A stretch of DNA of 64,000 nucleotides from a bacterium (lineage in GTDB: Bacteria > Patescibacteriota > UBA1384 > CAILIB01), in contig JBAXRQ010000001.1 of the NCBI GenBank assembly GCA_037131105.1, forward strand, positions 560,589 through 624,588, given 5' to 3'. A program made the position numbers and the translations under genes. Below are positions 52,351-62,227 of this stretch, one piece after another. Positions within the stretch are counted from its first letter, which is position 1. Each line of letters begins with the position of its first letter. The notes beneath the pieces were generated by a model. It saw nothing but the letters and a program-made list of their open reading frames with translations, made no database searches and was not told where the DNA came from.

Positions 52351-53253
52351 TCAAAAGTTTTCAGCGATAGGCAGCCCAGGTACACGACAAATGCCGCGGA
52401 GTTTGGCGGACCTACTGCGCGGATTGGTATTCCTCTCCTCCTCAGTTGCCTCAATCGGCTTCTTGGTCAGGAGCTCAAAACCTCCGGCTGTTACAGCCTC
52501 CCGGAACCGATGCTTTACGATGCGATCCTCAAGAGAATGAAAGGAAATGATAGCCAGACGTCCCTCCGGTGCCAGCAGAGACAGGGCGTCGGCAATCCCC
52601 TGCTCCAGCACATCCAACTCCTGATTCACCGCGATCCGTAGGGCCTGAAAAACCCGGGTGGCCGGATGAGGATGCTTATGGCGTAGATGAGGTGGATATG
52701 CACCTTTGATCATATCGGCCAGATCCATAGTATTGGTAAACGGTCGTTTCTGTCGCCGCTCGAGAATCAGGCGGGCCAGCTTCCGGCCCAGGCGCTCCTC
52801 GCCGTAGGTAAAGAAGATTTCGGAGAGCTTATGCTCGGGCCAGGTATTAAGAATAGACGCTGCTGTCACCCCTCCGCGCTGGTCCATACGCATATCCAGC
52901 GGTCCCTCTTCTTGAAAGGAAAAGCCACGATCTGGAGTATCGATCTGGTAACTGGAAACTCCAAGATCCATCAGTACACCGTCAACTTGGGTGATGTCAC
53001 GCCCCTCGAGAAGAAATTTAAGATCACCAAAATTACCCTGAAGATAGTCGGCCTGCTTCCCCAGTCGTTTCTTAGACTTCAAAATGGCTTCAGCGTCCTG
53101 ATCGATGCCAATGACTCGCAGATTTTTCCCTCCCCTTTCAAGCATGGCAAGGCTATGGCCGCCCAGCCCAAGAGTGGCATCAACAAAAACCCCTCCTCGC
53201 TCGGGAAGTAAAAGCTCTAGCACTTCGTGCTCTAGGACTGGTATATGGGACAT
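52351..53253 (-). CDS. rsmH: 16S rRNA (cytosine1402-N4)-methyltransferase RsmH (MraW)
   Basis: MSHIPVL...DATLGLGGHS SAM-binding signature. Confidence 0.9.
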   Translation of the reverse strand: MSHIPVLEHEVLELLLPERGGVFVDATLGLGGHSLAMLERGGKNLRVIGIDQDAEAILKSKKRLGKQADYLQGNFGDLKFLLEGRDITQVDGVLMDLGVSSYQIDTPDRGFSFQEEGPLDMRMDQRGGVTAASILNTWPEHKLSEIFFTYGEERLGRKLARLILERRQKRPFTNTMDLADMIKGAYPPHLRHKHPHPATRVFQALRIAVNQELDVLEQGIADALSLLAPEGRLAIISFHSLEDRIVKHRFREAVTAGGFELLTKKPIEATEEERNTNPRSRSAKLRGICRVPGLPIAENF

Positions 53254-53262
53254 GGCGTCATC

Positions 53263-54477
53263 TTACTTGATGAAGCCGTCGTCGTCAAAGGCTCCAGAGA
53301 AATCAACTACGCTCTTGCGAGAGCCAGGATTGTGAGGAATACTGAGCAGCAGCTTGCGCTGGACGCCGAAAGCAAACCCTATAGCCTCAACTTTGGTAGA
53401 GCCCGTCTCGATGATCATGTCCGCATGCCGGGCGTCAAGGTTATTGCCCGTTCCGAAATTAGGATCCAACGGAGCCTTAAGGATGAGTACCTGATCTCCT
53501 ACAAGATAGGTCGGCGACTCTGCCACGCTGGCCATAGACTTGGCAATTGCTAGCGCCTTTGCGTTTGACGGTATCTGGACCCGCTGGTGCGAGTCGTCGA
53601 ACTCCAGCTTGTACCAGGTGCCATTAAGAAGTGAACTACTCCACATCAGCTTCAGGGAGGCCTTGCCATCAGAGCGATTCCCAATTGCTGACTCCATCTC
53701 AACCAACATGACCTTGTTAACAGTGTCGGGATAGACGTTATAGTACGGTATCTGAAGTATCAGGAAAGGATTGGAAGCGCTGGGTGCCGCCGGATCGGAT
53801 TGGATGATACCGGAGTTATAAGGCTTCGCATCCCAGACGGCATTATCACTATTGTAAGGCACCTCGCTATCGCTCAAGGTAAACTTCGGGTACGTGTTCA
53901 CACTGTGACCAGGAGTGTCATCCATATGAAGCCGCACAAAGCTGCGCACGGTCATATCATACCCCTGCGAAGAGCATCCCGTAGTAGGTATGGCCACAGG
54001 ATAGCTAGTGTTGCTTTGTGACGAGTTATAACCTGCCATATTATACACATACTTCGACTCGCCGGGCTTGCAGTCTTTGGTCCCGCTATATAGCCGGCGC
54101 AGGGTATACGGAAACGTCGTGCTATCCTGACTTATCGCGGTCCTGGTAGCAGGCACAGGATGCGGAATCGAAGGATCATACGGAGGACCGTACCTTATCC
54201 AAGGATTATGGGTATCATCAGGGGTGCCTATGCCATAAACGGGACCATACAGAGGGTTGGTAGCCAACAGGTCCGTGTTATTTAGAACTAGCGTAGCCTC
54301 CTGAATAGCCGACTGAGCCATATCGGTGGCCACCTTGGCGCTATCAAACTGAGCAACACTTCGAACCGTACCAGCCGAACGCCGAATAGCAAGCAGGGTA
54401 ACTGTTGAAACCACCATCATTACCAATAGGACGGTAAGCAGGGCGGAACCGGGTCTTCGGAAGGATGATATGGTCAT
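53263..54477 (-). CDS. Type IV pilus minor component (PilX-like; N-terminal hydrophobic segment without canonical G-F prepilin site)
   Basis: GSALLTVLLVMMVVSTV N-terminus; last gene of a 4-gene overlapping pseudopilin operon. Confidence 0.5.
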   Translation of the reverse strand: MTISSFRRPGSALLTVLLVMMVVSTVTLLAIRRSAGTVRSVAQFDSAKVATDMAQSAIQEATLVLNNTDLLATNPLYGPVYGIGTPDDTHNPWIRYGPPYDPSIPHPVPATRTAISQDSTTFPYTLRRLYSGTKDCKPGESKYVYNMAGYNSSQSNTSYPVAIPTTGCSSQGYDMTVRSFVRLHMDDTPGHSVNTYPKFTLSDSEVPYNSDNAVWDAKPYNSGIIQSDPAAPSASNPFLILQIPYYNVYPDTVNKVMLVEMESAIGNRSDGKASLKLMWSSSLLNGTWYKLEFDDSHQRVQIPSNAKALAIAKSMASVAESPTYLVGDQVLILKAPLDPNFGTGNNLDARHADMIIETGSTKVEAIGFAFGVQRKLLLSIPHNPGSRKSVVDFSGAFDDDGFIK

Positions 54478-55394
54478 GGTGCTGGTGTTGGGAAAGGAGT
54501 TGCCTGGGGTCCGCTGGAATAATCAGAGTGCCGGTTAGCAATGAACCTGAATGTCATCGGAGTACTGATCAGGGAGTTGTCTCCGGCTCGGCCTGAAAGC
54601 GCCGGCTTGCCGTTAGCAACGTTATATCTGGCAGTCAGCTGGATAGTGACTGCAGCCGGGTCAACGCCAGCGGTCCTGCTCGGGTTTATACTGGTAAGGT
54701 TAGTAAACACCGGAATGAACCGTAGTGAGAGTACCTCCATGGTGGGGGCAGTAACGTAGTCGACCGTTGTCAACATAACACTCCCCCCCTTAAACATGGC
54801 CTGTAGGTCTGAAGCGGTGCAGGATCTTGGCCTACTTAGCTGTGAGCCGTCAGGATCAAAGGAAGGCAACGTCGTAAGAGGCTCTGAGGTAAACCTAGCC
54901 AGGCGCTTCCCGGCAATAGCACTTGCTCCGGGCGTAGGCTCGGGACAGTAGATGCGCTTAATGAACTTACCTGTCCCGGCGCCGGCAGAGTCGAATACCG
55001 GCATTGTCATGACCAGGATATTGTCCGGTTCGTAGCATAGATAGTTTCCATGGGCACAGAAGGCCATCTGGGAATAATCGGACTGGTTAAACTGTACCAC
55101 CTGTATAGCGGCTGCCATCGTCTTGTTAATGCTAGGGGCAAAGGGCCAGTCTAGAGGAGTGCTTCCGGTTGAATCCGAATAATAGTTGATGGACGATTGC
55201 AGGTCAGAGGTAATAGCCTGCATTACCTGCTGGGACTGGGCAGCCAGCTGCTGGGACTGGCTTTCGTTAGCCTGCAGTCTTACCGTGGTCGCTAGCGTAA
55301 CGGTAGCCACGCTTGCGACCAGTACAAAGACTGAGACCGCCACCAACATCTCCAAAAGGGTAAACCCGGGCAGATTAGGATAGTCGTGTTTCAT
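54474..55394 (-). CDS. Type IV minor pilin / pseudopilin (prepilin N-terminal cleavage/methylation motif GFTLLEML)
   Basis: Class III signal peptide; ATGA overlap with neighbours. Confidence 0.6.
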   Translation of the reverse strand: MKHDYPNLPGFTLLEMLVAVSVFVLVASVATVTLATTVRLQANESQSQQLAAQSQQVMQAITSDLQSSINYYSDSTGSTPLDWPFAPSINKTMAAAIQVVQFNQSDYSQMAFCAHGNYLCYEPDNILVMTMPVFDSAGAGTGKFIKRIYCPEPTPGASAIAGKRLARFTSEPLTTLPSFDPDGSQLSRPRSCTASDLQAMFKGGSVMLTTVDYVTAPTMEVLSLRFIPVFTNLTSINPSRTAGVDPAAVTIQLTARYNVANGKPALSGRAGDNSLISTPMTFRFIANRHSDYSSGPQATPFPTPAP

Positions 55395-56329
55395 CGGACC
55401 TTCAAACTAGGGGTATTATCTGTGATGAACACCGTACGGGTAAGCGTAGAGGCCGGCACCAGATAGTTTGAAACCTTGACCGTTACCGCATAGGTGGCGC
55501 TATTCAGGTCCTGAAGGGTAGTAACAGAGCTGAGAGAACTGGTTCGCAAGCCAGCAACCGTCGTCAAGCAGTTGACAGGGGTAGTACCGTTGGCCTTCTT
55601 GCACGGGTTCTGGGTGATAATCACACTACGTATATAGAAATTCCAGTTCTTAGCATTCGCAGCAGAAGCCTGCAGACAAGAAGTAGTGACCCCGAGAAGA
55701 GAGGACCCTGGTATGCCCGTAGCAGGACTGAGAGCACTCAAAACCATAGGATGAGGAACAGCGCCCAGGGGGACAGCTGGTAAAGGAGTCACCCTTGGGT
55801 CAACTGGCATACAGTCAGTCCAACTTTCCTGCTTGCTTTTATAGGTAGCATCTCCCCCATGCAGGTCAATACTGGGATCAACCCGACGAACGGCTACAAG
55901 CTCACCTCCAACGCTGGCATAGGTATCAGAGACGCTGGATCTCCCGAAATTATCGTAATCGACTGGAGTCGATACCACCGGAGCAGTAACGTTCGTGCAA
56001 CTCGTATTCCGCTCACACCACTTGACCATGCCCGTAGCGGTATCAGTATAGAAGCTTCCCTCCACCGTTCCCCCCGAAGTGATACCGAACACGCTAGACA
56101 AGGGAGCCGCACCGGGAGCCTCATACCGCGTATCAGCAAACAGTTGAGCGGCCGAGATAGCCTCGTCGGCAAGGCCTGTCATCTGGGCCCGGTCTGCCGC
56201 CCGGAAGGCCTGGGAAGCCATAGTACGGCTCGCAAGGACAGTACCCCCCAGCACCAAGGTCAGAATAGCCAGGGCGGCCAGGGTCTCTAGCAAGGTGAAA
56301 CCAGATTGTCGACGCAGGGTAATAGTCAT
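55391..56329 (-). CDS. Type IV minor pilin / pseudopilin (GFTLLETL)
   Basis: Class III signal peptide motif. Confidence 0.6.
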   Translation of the reverse strand: MTITLRRQSGFTLLETLAALAILTLVLGGTVLASRTMASQAFRAADRAQMTGLADEAISAAQLFADTRYEAPGAAPLSSVFGITSGGTVEGSFYTDTATGMVKWCERNTSCTNVTAPVVSTPVDYDNFGRSSVSDTYASVGGELVAVRRVDPSIDLHGGDATYKSKQESWTDCMPVDPRVTPLPAVPLGAVPHPMVLSALSPATGIPGSSLLGVTTSCLQASAANAKNWNFYIRSVIITQNPCKKANGTTPVNCLTTVAGLRTSSLSSVTTLQDLNSATYAVTVKVSNYLVPASTLTRTVFITDNTPSLKVR

Positions 56330-57072
56330 TTGTTGAGAGTGAAGATTATCGGTGCACCTAGCGGACCTATAGTGATATCGCCCGAGGTAGGATCACTGGT
56401 ACCGGCAGTAGTTGCGTCAACAAGGGTTATTTTCATTTCAAAGCCCGCGCCCTGGTATTTGCTGCTGCAGTCACTTCCATGGAAAGCATTGGTGAAGTTC
56501 GTCCTGTTAGTATTATAAGGAGGGAAGGGAGGCTGACAGATGATGCGGGGCAGGCCGTGCTCGTTCACCCCGAACAGTATCCGTATAGGCTGCCCGGGAT
56601 CGATGCTATTAGGGGATACGGCGACAGTAGCCCCACCCAGCCGGACTGAGGAAGAGGCGGTCACGCTTCGCAAAGTGGCGACATAGACAGGTCCTGGCAA
56701 AGAGCCACTGCCAGTCTGGCCTCCGGCCAGGTTAGGAGGACGACCGATATAGTCAAGGGACTTGTAAGCGTCAACCACGCAGTAAACCGGTCCGACGTTA
56801 AGCGGAACAGGACTGGTGGCAGTATCAGGAGCAGTGGTAAGAGTGACCGAAACAAAGCCCATTTTCATGCCGTCAGTATCGGTACCTGGAGCTGCAGCCG
56901 TTCGCTGGGCATACTGTATGCAGTCAACGATATCCTGGGCTGAGCCAGCGAACTCCTGCTGTCGAATAAAGCCGTTATACCGTGGAACGGCCACCATAAG
57001 GACCGCAACGCTGATGGCAGCGGCAATGATCAGCTCAATAAGGGTGAAACCGGTAGGGCGTCGAAGGATCAT
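56326..57072 (-). CDS. Type IV minor pilin / pseudopilin (GFTLIELI); start set at MILRRPTGF
   Basis: Class III signal peptide motif; overlaps pilD stop. Confidence 0.6.
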   Translation of the reverse strand: MILRRPTGFTLIELIIAAAISVAVLMVAVPRYNGFIRQQEFAGSAQDIVDCIQYAQRTAAAPGTDTDGMKMGFVSVTLTTAPDTATSPVPLNVGPVYCVVDAYKSLDYIGRPPNLAGGQTGSGSLPGPVYVATLRSVTASSSVRLGGATVAVSPNSIDPGQPIRILFGVNEHGLPRIICQPPFPPYNTNRTNFTNAFHGSDCSSKYQGAGFEMKITLVDATTAGTSDPTSGDITIGPLGAPIIFTLNK

Positions 57073-57851
57073 GGGTATAGTATATACCATCGGAGGAAGG
57101 CTTGTCCCGCTAGTAGCGCAAGGAGTAGGCCAAGATACAAAAATGGACCGAAGGGTATGGCGCTCGCATAGCTTTTTTTCCTCATCAATACCAAGACACT
57201 GCCCAGTATGGCCCCGGAGAAGACTGCCGCCATTAGTCCTACGAATATCATCGGAAAGCCCAGAATGGCCCCCATGGCAGCCGCGATGACCAGGTCACCT
57301 TCCCCCATTCCTTTCTTATGAAACAGCAGCAGCCATCCGTAGAGCACAACCGCCAGGCTTCCTGCGCCCGCCACCGCACCCAATAAGGCGCTCTGCCAGG
57401 TCAGTTGGCCGCTCACTACCATAGTGACTCCCCCTATGATTCCTGCCACCAGTACGTAGTCCACTGGTACCTCCATCAGAGCCAGGTCCACCAGCGTCAC
57501 TGAAAGTAGCACTAGCAAGGAAAGTGCCAAGCCGGCAGCCAGCACCCAGCTCCCCCGTTCTAAAAAACCGTACCAAACTGAGAATATAGCCAGGCAGGCT
57601 GCTAGCAGCTCCACCAGCGGATATCGAGTCGAGATCGCCTTCTTGCAATGCCTGCATCGTCCAGCCTGTACCAGAAAGCTCAGTACCGGCAGCAGCTCAT
57701 ACCAAGCTAGATCATGCTTGCAGTGAGGGCAGTGGGAACGTCCGGTGACTATGCTCCCCCTCTCCCGGTCGCGGAGAGCCACGACATTAAAAAAGGAGCC
57801 GAGGATGAGCCCCAGAATCCCGGCAAGAGTAATATAAAAACCGTTTGTCAT
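57069..57851 (-). CDS. pilD: Prepilin peptidase (A24 family) with N-terminal zinc-binding CxxC pairs
   Basis: CPHC...CRHC tetracysteine, catalytic Asp-containing membrane domain. Confidence 0.85.
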   Translation of the reverse strand: MTNGFYITLAGILGLILGSFFNVVALRDRERGSIVTGRSHCPHCKHDLAWYELLPVLSFLVQAGRCRHCKKAISTRYPLVELLAACLAIFSVWYGFLERGSWVLAAGLALSLLVLLSVTLVDLALMEVPVDYVLVAGIIGGVTMVVSGQLTWQSALLGAVAGAGSLAVVLYGWLLLFHKKGMGEGDLVIAAAMGAILGFPMIFVGLMAAVFSGAILGSVLVLMRKKSYASAIPFGPFLYLGLLLALLAGQAFLRWYILYP

Positions 57852-57874
57852 ACCTCGTAAGTATACGCTATACT
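57845..57874 (+). promoter_or_regulatory. Promoter TTGTCA-18-TATACT placing the TSS on the ATG at 57881 (leaderless ABC transporter mRNA)
   Basis: -10 ends 7 nt before the ATG; no SD. Confidence 0.45.
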
Positions 57875-57880
57875 CGACTC

Positions 57881-58612
57881 ATGCCACAACCGCTCAAGGT
57901 CGAAAAACTTAGCAAATCCTTCTACGGTGAGCCAGCCGTACGAGACCTATCCTTCTCTGTAAAGGCCGGAGAAATGCTTGGCATAGTCGGGCCAAACGGT
58001 GCCGGCAAGACCACCACCATCAAGATGATCCTCGGACTGCTGCGACCTGACAGCGGCAGGGTAAGCCTGTTTGGCAAGGAGATCTCAGATCCCGAGGTAC
58101 GGAGACGTATCGGCTATATGCCGGAAAGCCCTTCATTTTACGCCTATCTAACCGGCCGAGAGCTGTTGCAGTTGGCCGCTGATCTCTTCGACATCCCCAA
58201 AAAGCAGAGCCGGCCCCGCATCCAGGAACTATTGGACCGAGTCGGACTGAAGGATGCGGCTGACCGGGGGCTGGGAGGCTATTCGAAAGGCATGCTCCAG
58301 CGCATCTGCCTGGCCCAAGCCCTGGTAAACAAGCCCGAGCTACTCTTCCTGGACGAACCTCTGGACGGCCTTGATCCCCTCGGACGAGTACGTATGAAAG
58401 AAGTGCTGCTGGAGATCCGCTCCGAAGGCACCGCCATCGTGTTAAACTCCCACATCCTTAGCGACGTGGAGGTCATGAGCGACCGGATAGCCATTGTTGA
58501 CCGCGGCCAGCTTCTTCGGCTCGGCAGTGTCTCCGAGCTGATCCCTATGGGCAAGACACTGGAGCAGGTATTTATCGAAACCATTGAACAGGCCGACGCT
58601 AGCCGCTCTTAA
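57881..58612 (+). CDS. ABC transporter ATP-binding protein (ABC-2 type)
   Basis: Walker A GPNGAGKTT, signature YSKGMLQR, Walker B LLFLDEP. Confidence 0.8.
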   Translation: MPQPLKVEKLSKSFYGEPAVRDLSFSVKAGEMLGIVGPNGAGKTTTIKMILGLLRPDSGRVSLFGKEISDPEVRRRIGYMPESPSFYAYLTGRELLQLAADLFDIPKKQSRPRIQELLDRVGLKDAADRGLGGYSKGMLQRICLAQALVNKPELLFLDEPLDGLDPLGRVRMKEVLLEIRSEGTAIVLNSHILSDVEVMSDRIAIVDRGQLLRLGSVSELIPMGKTLEQVFIETIEQADASRS

Positions 58613-58616
58613 CCCT

Positions 58617-59393
58617 ATGCTCAAAAGCCTCTCCCCCATCCGCACCATCGCTATCACTACCTATAAGGAGCTGATCCGTGACCGGCTGCTCTACGGCATT
58701 CTGGTAGCCGCCCTTCTGGTCACTTCTGCTACCTTTTTTCTCGGCTCCATCTCGCTGGACCAGGACCACCGGGTCATTCAGAATATCGGCCTGGCCTCCA
58801 TCCATATCTTCACCACCTTCATCCTGATCTTCGTGGCTTCCAATGCCATCTTCAGGGACATAGAGCGACGGGCCCTCTATCTGCTCTTGCCCAAGCCTAT
58901 TTCCCGCACCCAGTATGTGCTGGGCAAGTACGTTGGACTATTGCTTCTGCTGCTTACCACCCTCGTGGTATTGGGTGGCTTCTTCATTGCCGGCGGCTTC
59001 TTCATAGACCGCTCTCTTATCCTCGGCACCCTGATGGTACTCCCCTATTCCTTCCTAGAGATCTCGCTCCTGACCGCCCTCTCCATACTGTTTGCCTCCT
59101 TTGCCGCCCCGCTGAACGCTTCCCTCTATACCTTGGCCTTCTTTATCATCGGTCACTCGCTCGGCTCGGTTCGTGCCTATCTTGACCGATTTGGTACTCC
59201 CTTGGCCCAAAATCTGACTGCCGTCTGCTACTATCTGCTTCCCAACCTGGATAAGTTCGACATTCGTCAGGCGGTGCTCTATGGCATGCATATCTCCCCT
59301 GCCCAGGTAGCCTGGAGCCTGCTCTACTGGCTGGTCTATACCGGCCTCATTCTCGGTCTTGCCGTACTGGTCATCCAGAAGCGGGAGGTCTAG
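58617..59393 (+). CDS. ABC-2 family transporter permease
   Basis: 6 transmembrane segment pattern, immediately downstream of the ATPase. Confidence 0.7.
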   Translation: MLKSLSPIRTIAITTYKELIRDRLLYGILVAALLVTSATFFLGSISLDQDHRVIQNIGLASIHIFTTFILIFVASNAIFRDIERRALYLLLPKPISRTQYVLGKYVGLLLLLLTTLVVLGGFFIAGGFFIDRSLILGTLMVLPYSFLEISLLTALSILFASFAAPLNASLYTLAFFIIGHSLGSVRAYLDRFGTPLAQNLTAVCYYLLPNLDKFDIRQAVLYGMHISPAQVAWSLLYWLVYTGLILGLAVLVIQKREV

Positions 59394-60257
59394 GTGGGAA
59401 AGGCCTCCACAAATTTCGGTATCTGGTTCCTGGTCTTTCTGGCCCTAGGCAGCTTGGCATCAAGCCAATACCTCTACGATGCCGGCGCTGACGGCTATAC
59501 CCATCAGCTGAAGGCAGCCATCCTCCACAACGACCATCCCCTCATCCCCTCCCTCCCTATCCTTAGGGCGCTGAGTCTGGGTAATACCTCAATGACCGCC
59601 GATATCCTCTGGCTGCAGACCATCCAGTACTATGGCGGCGGCGATATCTACGGAAAATACGAATCGCTCGGTTCCCTGCTGGACACCATCACCCAGCTCG
59701 ACCCCAAGTTTAACTACGCCTATCAGTTCGCCCTCATCGTATTGCCGTACATGGGACAGGCCGATATGGCGGTTAAGATAGGATTACGGGCCCAGCAGGA
59801 AGGCCTCAATGACGGCCTCATCACCTATTACCTGGCCAGCGTCTACCATTTGAATCTCAAGGAGTACAAGCAGGCCGCCAAGTACTACCAGCTGGCTTCT
59901 ACCCAGTCCGGCTCGCCTACCGCCGCCAAAACACTGGCCGCCACTGCCTTGGATAATGTAAGCGGTAGCCTGGCCGACCGCCTGGTGGCTGCCGACTACT
60001 GGAAGACCGTCTTTGACAATGCCACCGATCCCGACCAGAAGAAGCTGGCCGCCAGCTGGTACCAGCAGATGCAGAATGTCTATAGCATCGAGAAAGCTTC
60101 CCAGGACTTTCATGCCAAACAAGGACGCTTCCCAAACAGCCAGGAAGAGCTGGTGCAATATGGATTGCTGCCAGCCGAACTTGGCTCGCCGGTGGGACGG
60201 GTCATTACTTTAGATCCCAAGAGTGGGAAGGTGGACTTCAGCCAACGAGCTCAGTAA
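59394..60257 (+). CDS. Hypothetical exported/membrane protein with TPR-like helical repeats (GTG start after GGGAGG)
   Basis: N-terminal hydrophobic helix; YYLASVYHLNLKEYKQAAKYYQLA repeat-like helices. Confidence 0.5.
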   Translation: MGKASTNFGIWFLVFLALGSLASSQYLYDAGADGYTHQLKAAILHNDHPLIPSLPILRALSLGNTSMTADILWLQTIQYYGGGDIYGKYESLGSLLDTITQLDPKFNYAYQFALIVLPYMGQADMAVKIGLRAQQEGLNDGLITYYLASVYHLNLKEYKQAAKYYQLASTQSGSPTAAKTLAATALDNVSGSLADRLVAADYWKTVFDNATDPDQKKLAASWYQQMQNVYSIEKASQDFHAKQGRFPNSQEELVQYGLLPAELGSPVGRVITLDPKSGKVDFSQRAQ

Positions 60258-60271
60258 AACGCTCACAAACT

Positions 60272-60301
60272 AAAATAGGACCACAATTGCGGTCCTATTT
60301 T
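60272..60301. terminator. Bidirectional terminator between convergent genes (aaaa-taggacc-acaattgc-ggtccta-tttt)
   Basis: 7-bp stem flanked by A4/T4. Confidence 0.65.
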
Positions 60302-60317
60302 AGTGCTTAGCGGTCGA

Positions 60318-60908
60318 TTAGCAGGCAGGAGTAGCGCTAACAGGAGGAGTTCCCGATACTGTGGTAAACCCAGTGGAGCCATCAGCTGACTCAAAGATAG
60401 AGGCATTGACAGGGATAGAAGTGTCTCCAGAAGAAACAAGGCCAGAGGCCCAGAAGTGATAGCCAGGCTTAGAAGTAGAAGCCACTACTGTACCGTCACT
60501 TCCTAGCCCAGCATGGTCCGTTGAACAGTAGTTGTAAGTAATACCAGAACCAGAAGTTTTGGTAATCCTAGCACCGTACGTACCCTGACCAGTGGCGCTT
60601 AGAATGCCAGTAAAGACTGCTGCAAACCTTGCCGAAGCAGTAGTATTAGTCAAAGTATATGGAGCTTTCAAGGCAGCTAGACCAGCAACAGTCAGGTCAG
60701 TCTGAACAATGCCGCCAGAATTGTTGGCATCGTCGTTCTTGAAGTTCTCGATAGAGTTTCCAGCCGCTTGAACATCGCTCTTAGCACCCGCATTGATAGC
60801 CTTTACCCGAGCATTCTGCAGCTGGGTCAGTACCAAGGTTGCCAAGATGGCGATGATGGCAATAACCACCAACAGTTCGATAAGTGTGAATCCTTTCAAT
60901 CTACGCAT
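60318..60908 (-). CDS. pilA: Type IV major pilin (PilA-like)
   Basis: MRRLKGFTLIELLVVIAIIAILA class III signal peptide; 196 aa; strong promoter and SD. Confidence 0.8.
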   Translation of the reverse strand: MRRLKGFTLIELLVVIAIIAILATLVLTQLQNARVKAINAGAKSDVQAAGNSIENFKNDDANNSGGIVQTDLTVAGLAALKAPYTLTNTTASARFAAVFTGILSATGQGTYGARITKTSGSGITYNYCSTDHAGLGSDGTVVASTSKPGYHFWASGLVSSGDTSIPVNASIFESADGSTGFTTVSGTPPVSATPAC

Positions 60909-60947
60909 ACGTGCCTCCTTTGATTAGTTCGATTAATGCTTGTACTT

Positions 60948-60976
60948 AGTATAGGGTCCTGCCTGTTAGCTCGTCA
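60948..60976 (-). promoter_or_regulatory. Sigma70 promoter TTGACG-17-TATACT for pilA
   Basis: Near-consensus hexamers; 40-nt 5'UTR with AAGGAGG. Confidence 0.55.
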
Positions 60977-61018
60977 ACACTTCAGCTTCATTTCAGCTTC
61001 GTTATCCATCCATAGGCA

Positions 61019-62221
61019 TCAGATTGAAGTGCTGATGGTATAGATTGGAAGCAAGATAGCCTGCACCAGCCATGCGACACCGAGGGCCAGGATGATGATA
61101 ATGACCGGCTCAACCAGGGCAGCGAGGCCCGAGACTTTGGCATCCACCTCGGACTCATAGTACTCAGCCAGCTTGACCATCACCTCATCCATCTTTCCGG
61201 TCTGCTCACCTACCGCCACCATCTGGGAAACCATGGGTGGGAAGAGATGATCCGCAGTGATAGGTACGCTCATGGGGATACCACGCTCTACATCAGCAGC
61301 TACCCTGGCTACGGCGCCCTTCTGCAGTGAGTTGGTAAAGGAATCATCCACCAAGCGCAAAGCGTCTAGCAGAGGCACACCGGAGTTCAGAAGCAGTCCT
61401 AATAAGCGGCCGAAGCGGGCCATACTGGCTTCCTCGATAATAGAACCAAGCACCGGCAGCCTTAAAGAGACTTGGCTATAGAAGCGTACACCGGTAGCCG
61501 TGCGCAGGAATACCCTGACGGCGATCACGATGATCACCAGAGCGAGGATGACAAAGTACCAGTCATTGATAAAGAAGTCGGACATGGCCAGCAGGAAGCG
61601 GGTGGAAGCTGGCAACACCTGGCCGGAACTAAGGAAGACGTCCTTCAGCTGCGGGATAACCTTAACGGTCATCACGATAGCTACACAAACCATGACGAAG
61701 AGCACGAAGGCCGGGTAGATCAGGGCTCCGCGGATCTTGCTGCGGATAGAGACGTCCTTCTCCATGTCATGGGCCAGCTCCTTCAGGACCACTTCCATGC
61801 GGCCGGTAGCCTCACCTGAGCGGACTACGTTGATGAACACCGAGTCGAAGACATCGGGATACTTAGCCAAGGCATTGGAAAAACTGAAGCCATCCTGCAC
61901 GTCATTCAGGACACCGGTCATAACCTTCTGGAAGCGTCCTTGGCCGCCTTGAGCCACCAGCAGGCGCAGAGCCTGGCTCAGAGTAAGACCAGCCTCTACC
62001 ATGGTAGCCAGCTGTCGGGCAAACAAGGTCCGCTGCTTCAGACTTACCTTCCCGATGAATGGAACGTACTCCATCCAGTTTTTAGGCAATGAGATGGTGA
62101 TCGGGGTCAGGTTGTTCTTCTGCAGGATCTTGCGCGCCGACTCAAGGTTAACCGCCTGGATACGTCCAGTAACGATCTTATTGTTCGCGGTGCGGGCCTG
62201 GTAGACGTAGTATTGGACCAT
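61019..62221 (-). CDS. pilC: Type IV pilus assembly platform protein PilC (GspF family)
   Basis: Two GspF repeats, 3 transmembrane segments. Confidence 0.85.
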   Translation of the reverse strand: MVQYYVYQARTANNKIVTGRIQAVNLESARKILQKNNLTPITISLPKNWMEYVPFIGKVSLKQRTLFARQLATMVEAGLTLSQALRLLVAQGGQGRFQKVMTGVLNDVQDGFSFSNALAKYPDVFDSVFINVVRSGEATGRMEVVLKELAHDMEKDVSIRSKIRGALIYPAFVLFVMVCVAIVMTVKVIPQLKDVFLSSGQVLPASTRFLLAMSDFFINDWYFVILALVIIVIAVRVFLRTATGVRFYSQVSLRLPVLGSIIEEASMARFGRLLGLLLNSGVPLLDALRLVDDSFTNSLQKGAVARVAADVERGIPMSVPITADHLFPPMVSQMVAVGEQTGKMDEVMVKLAEYYESEVDAKVSGLAALVEPVIIIILALGVAWLVQAILLPIYTISTSI

Positions 62222-62227
62222 AGGGGG

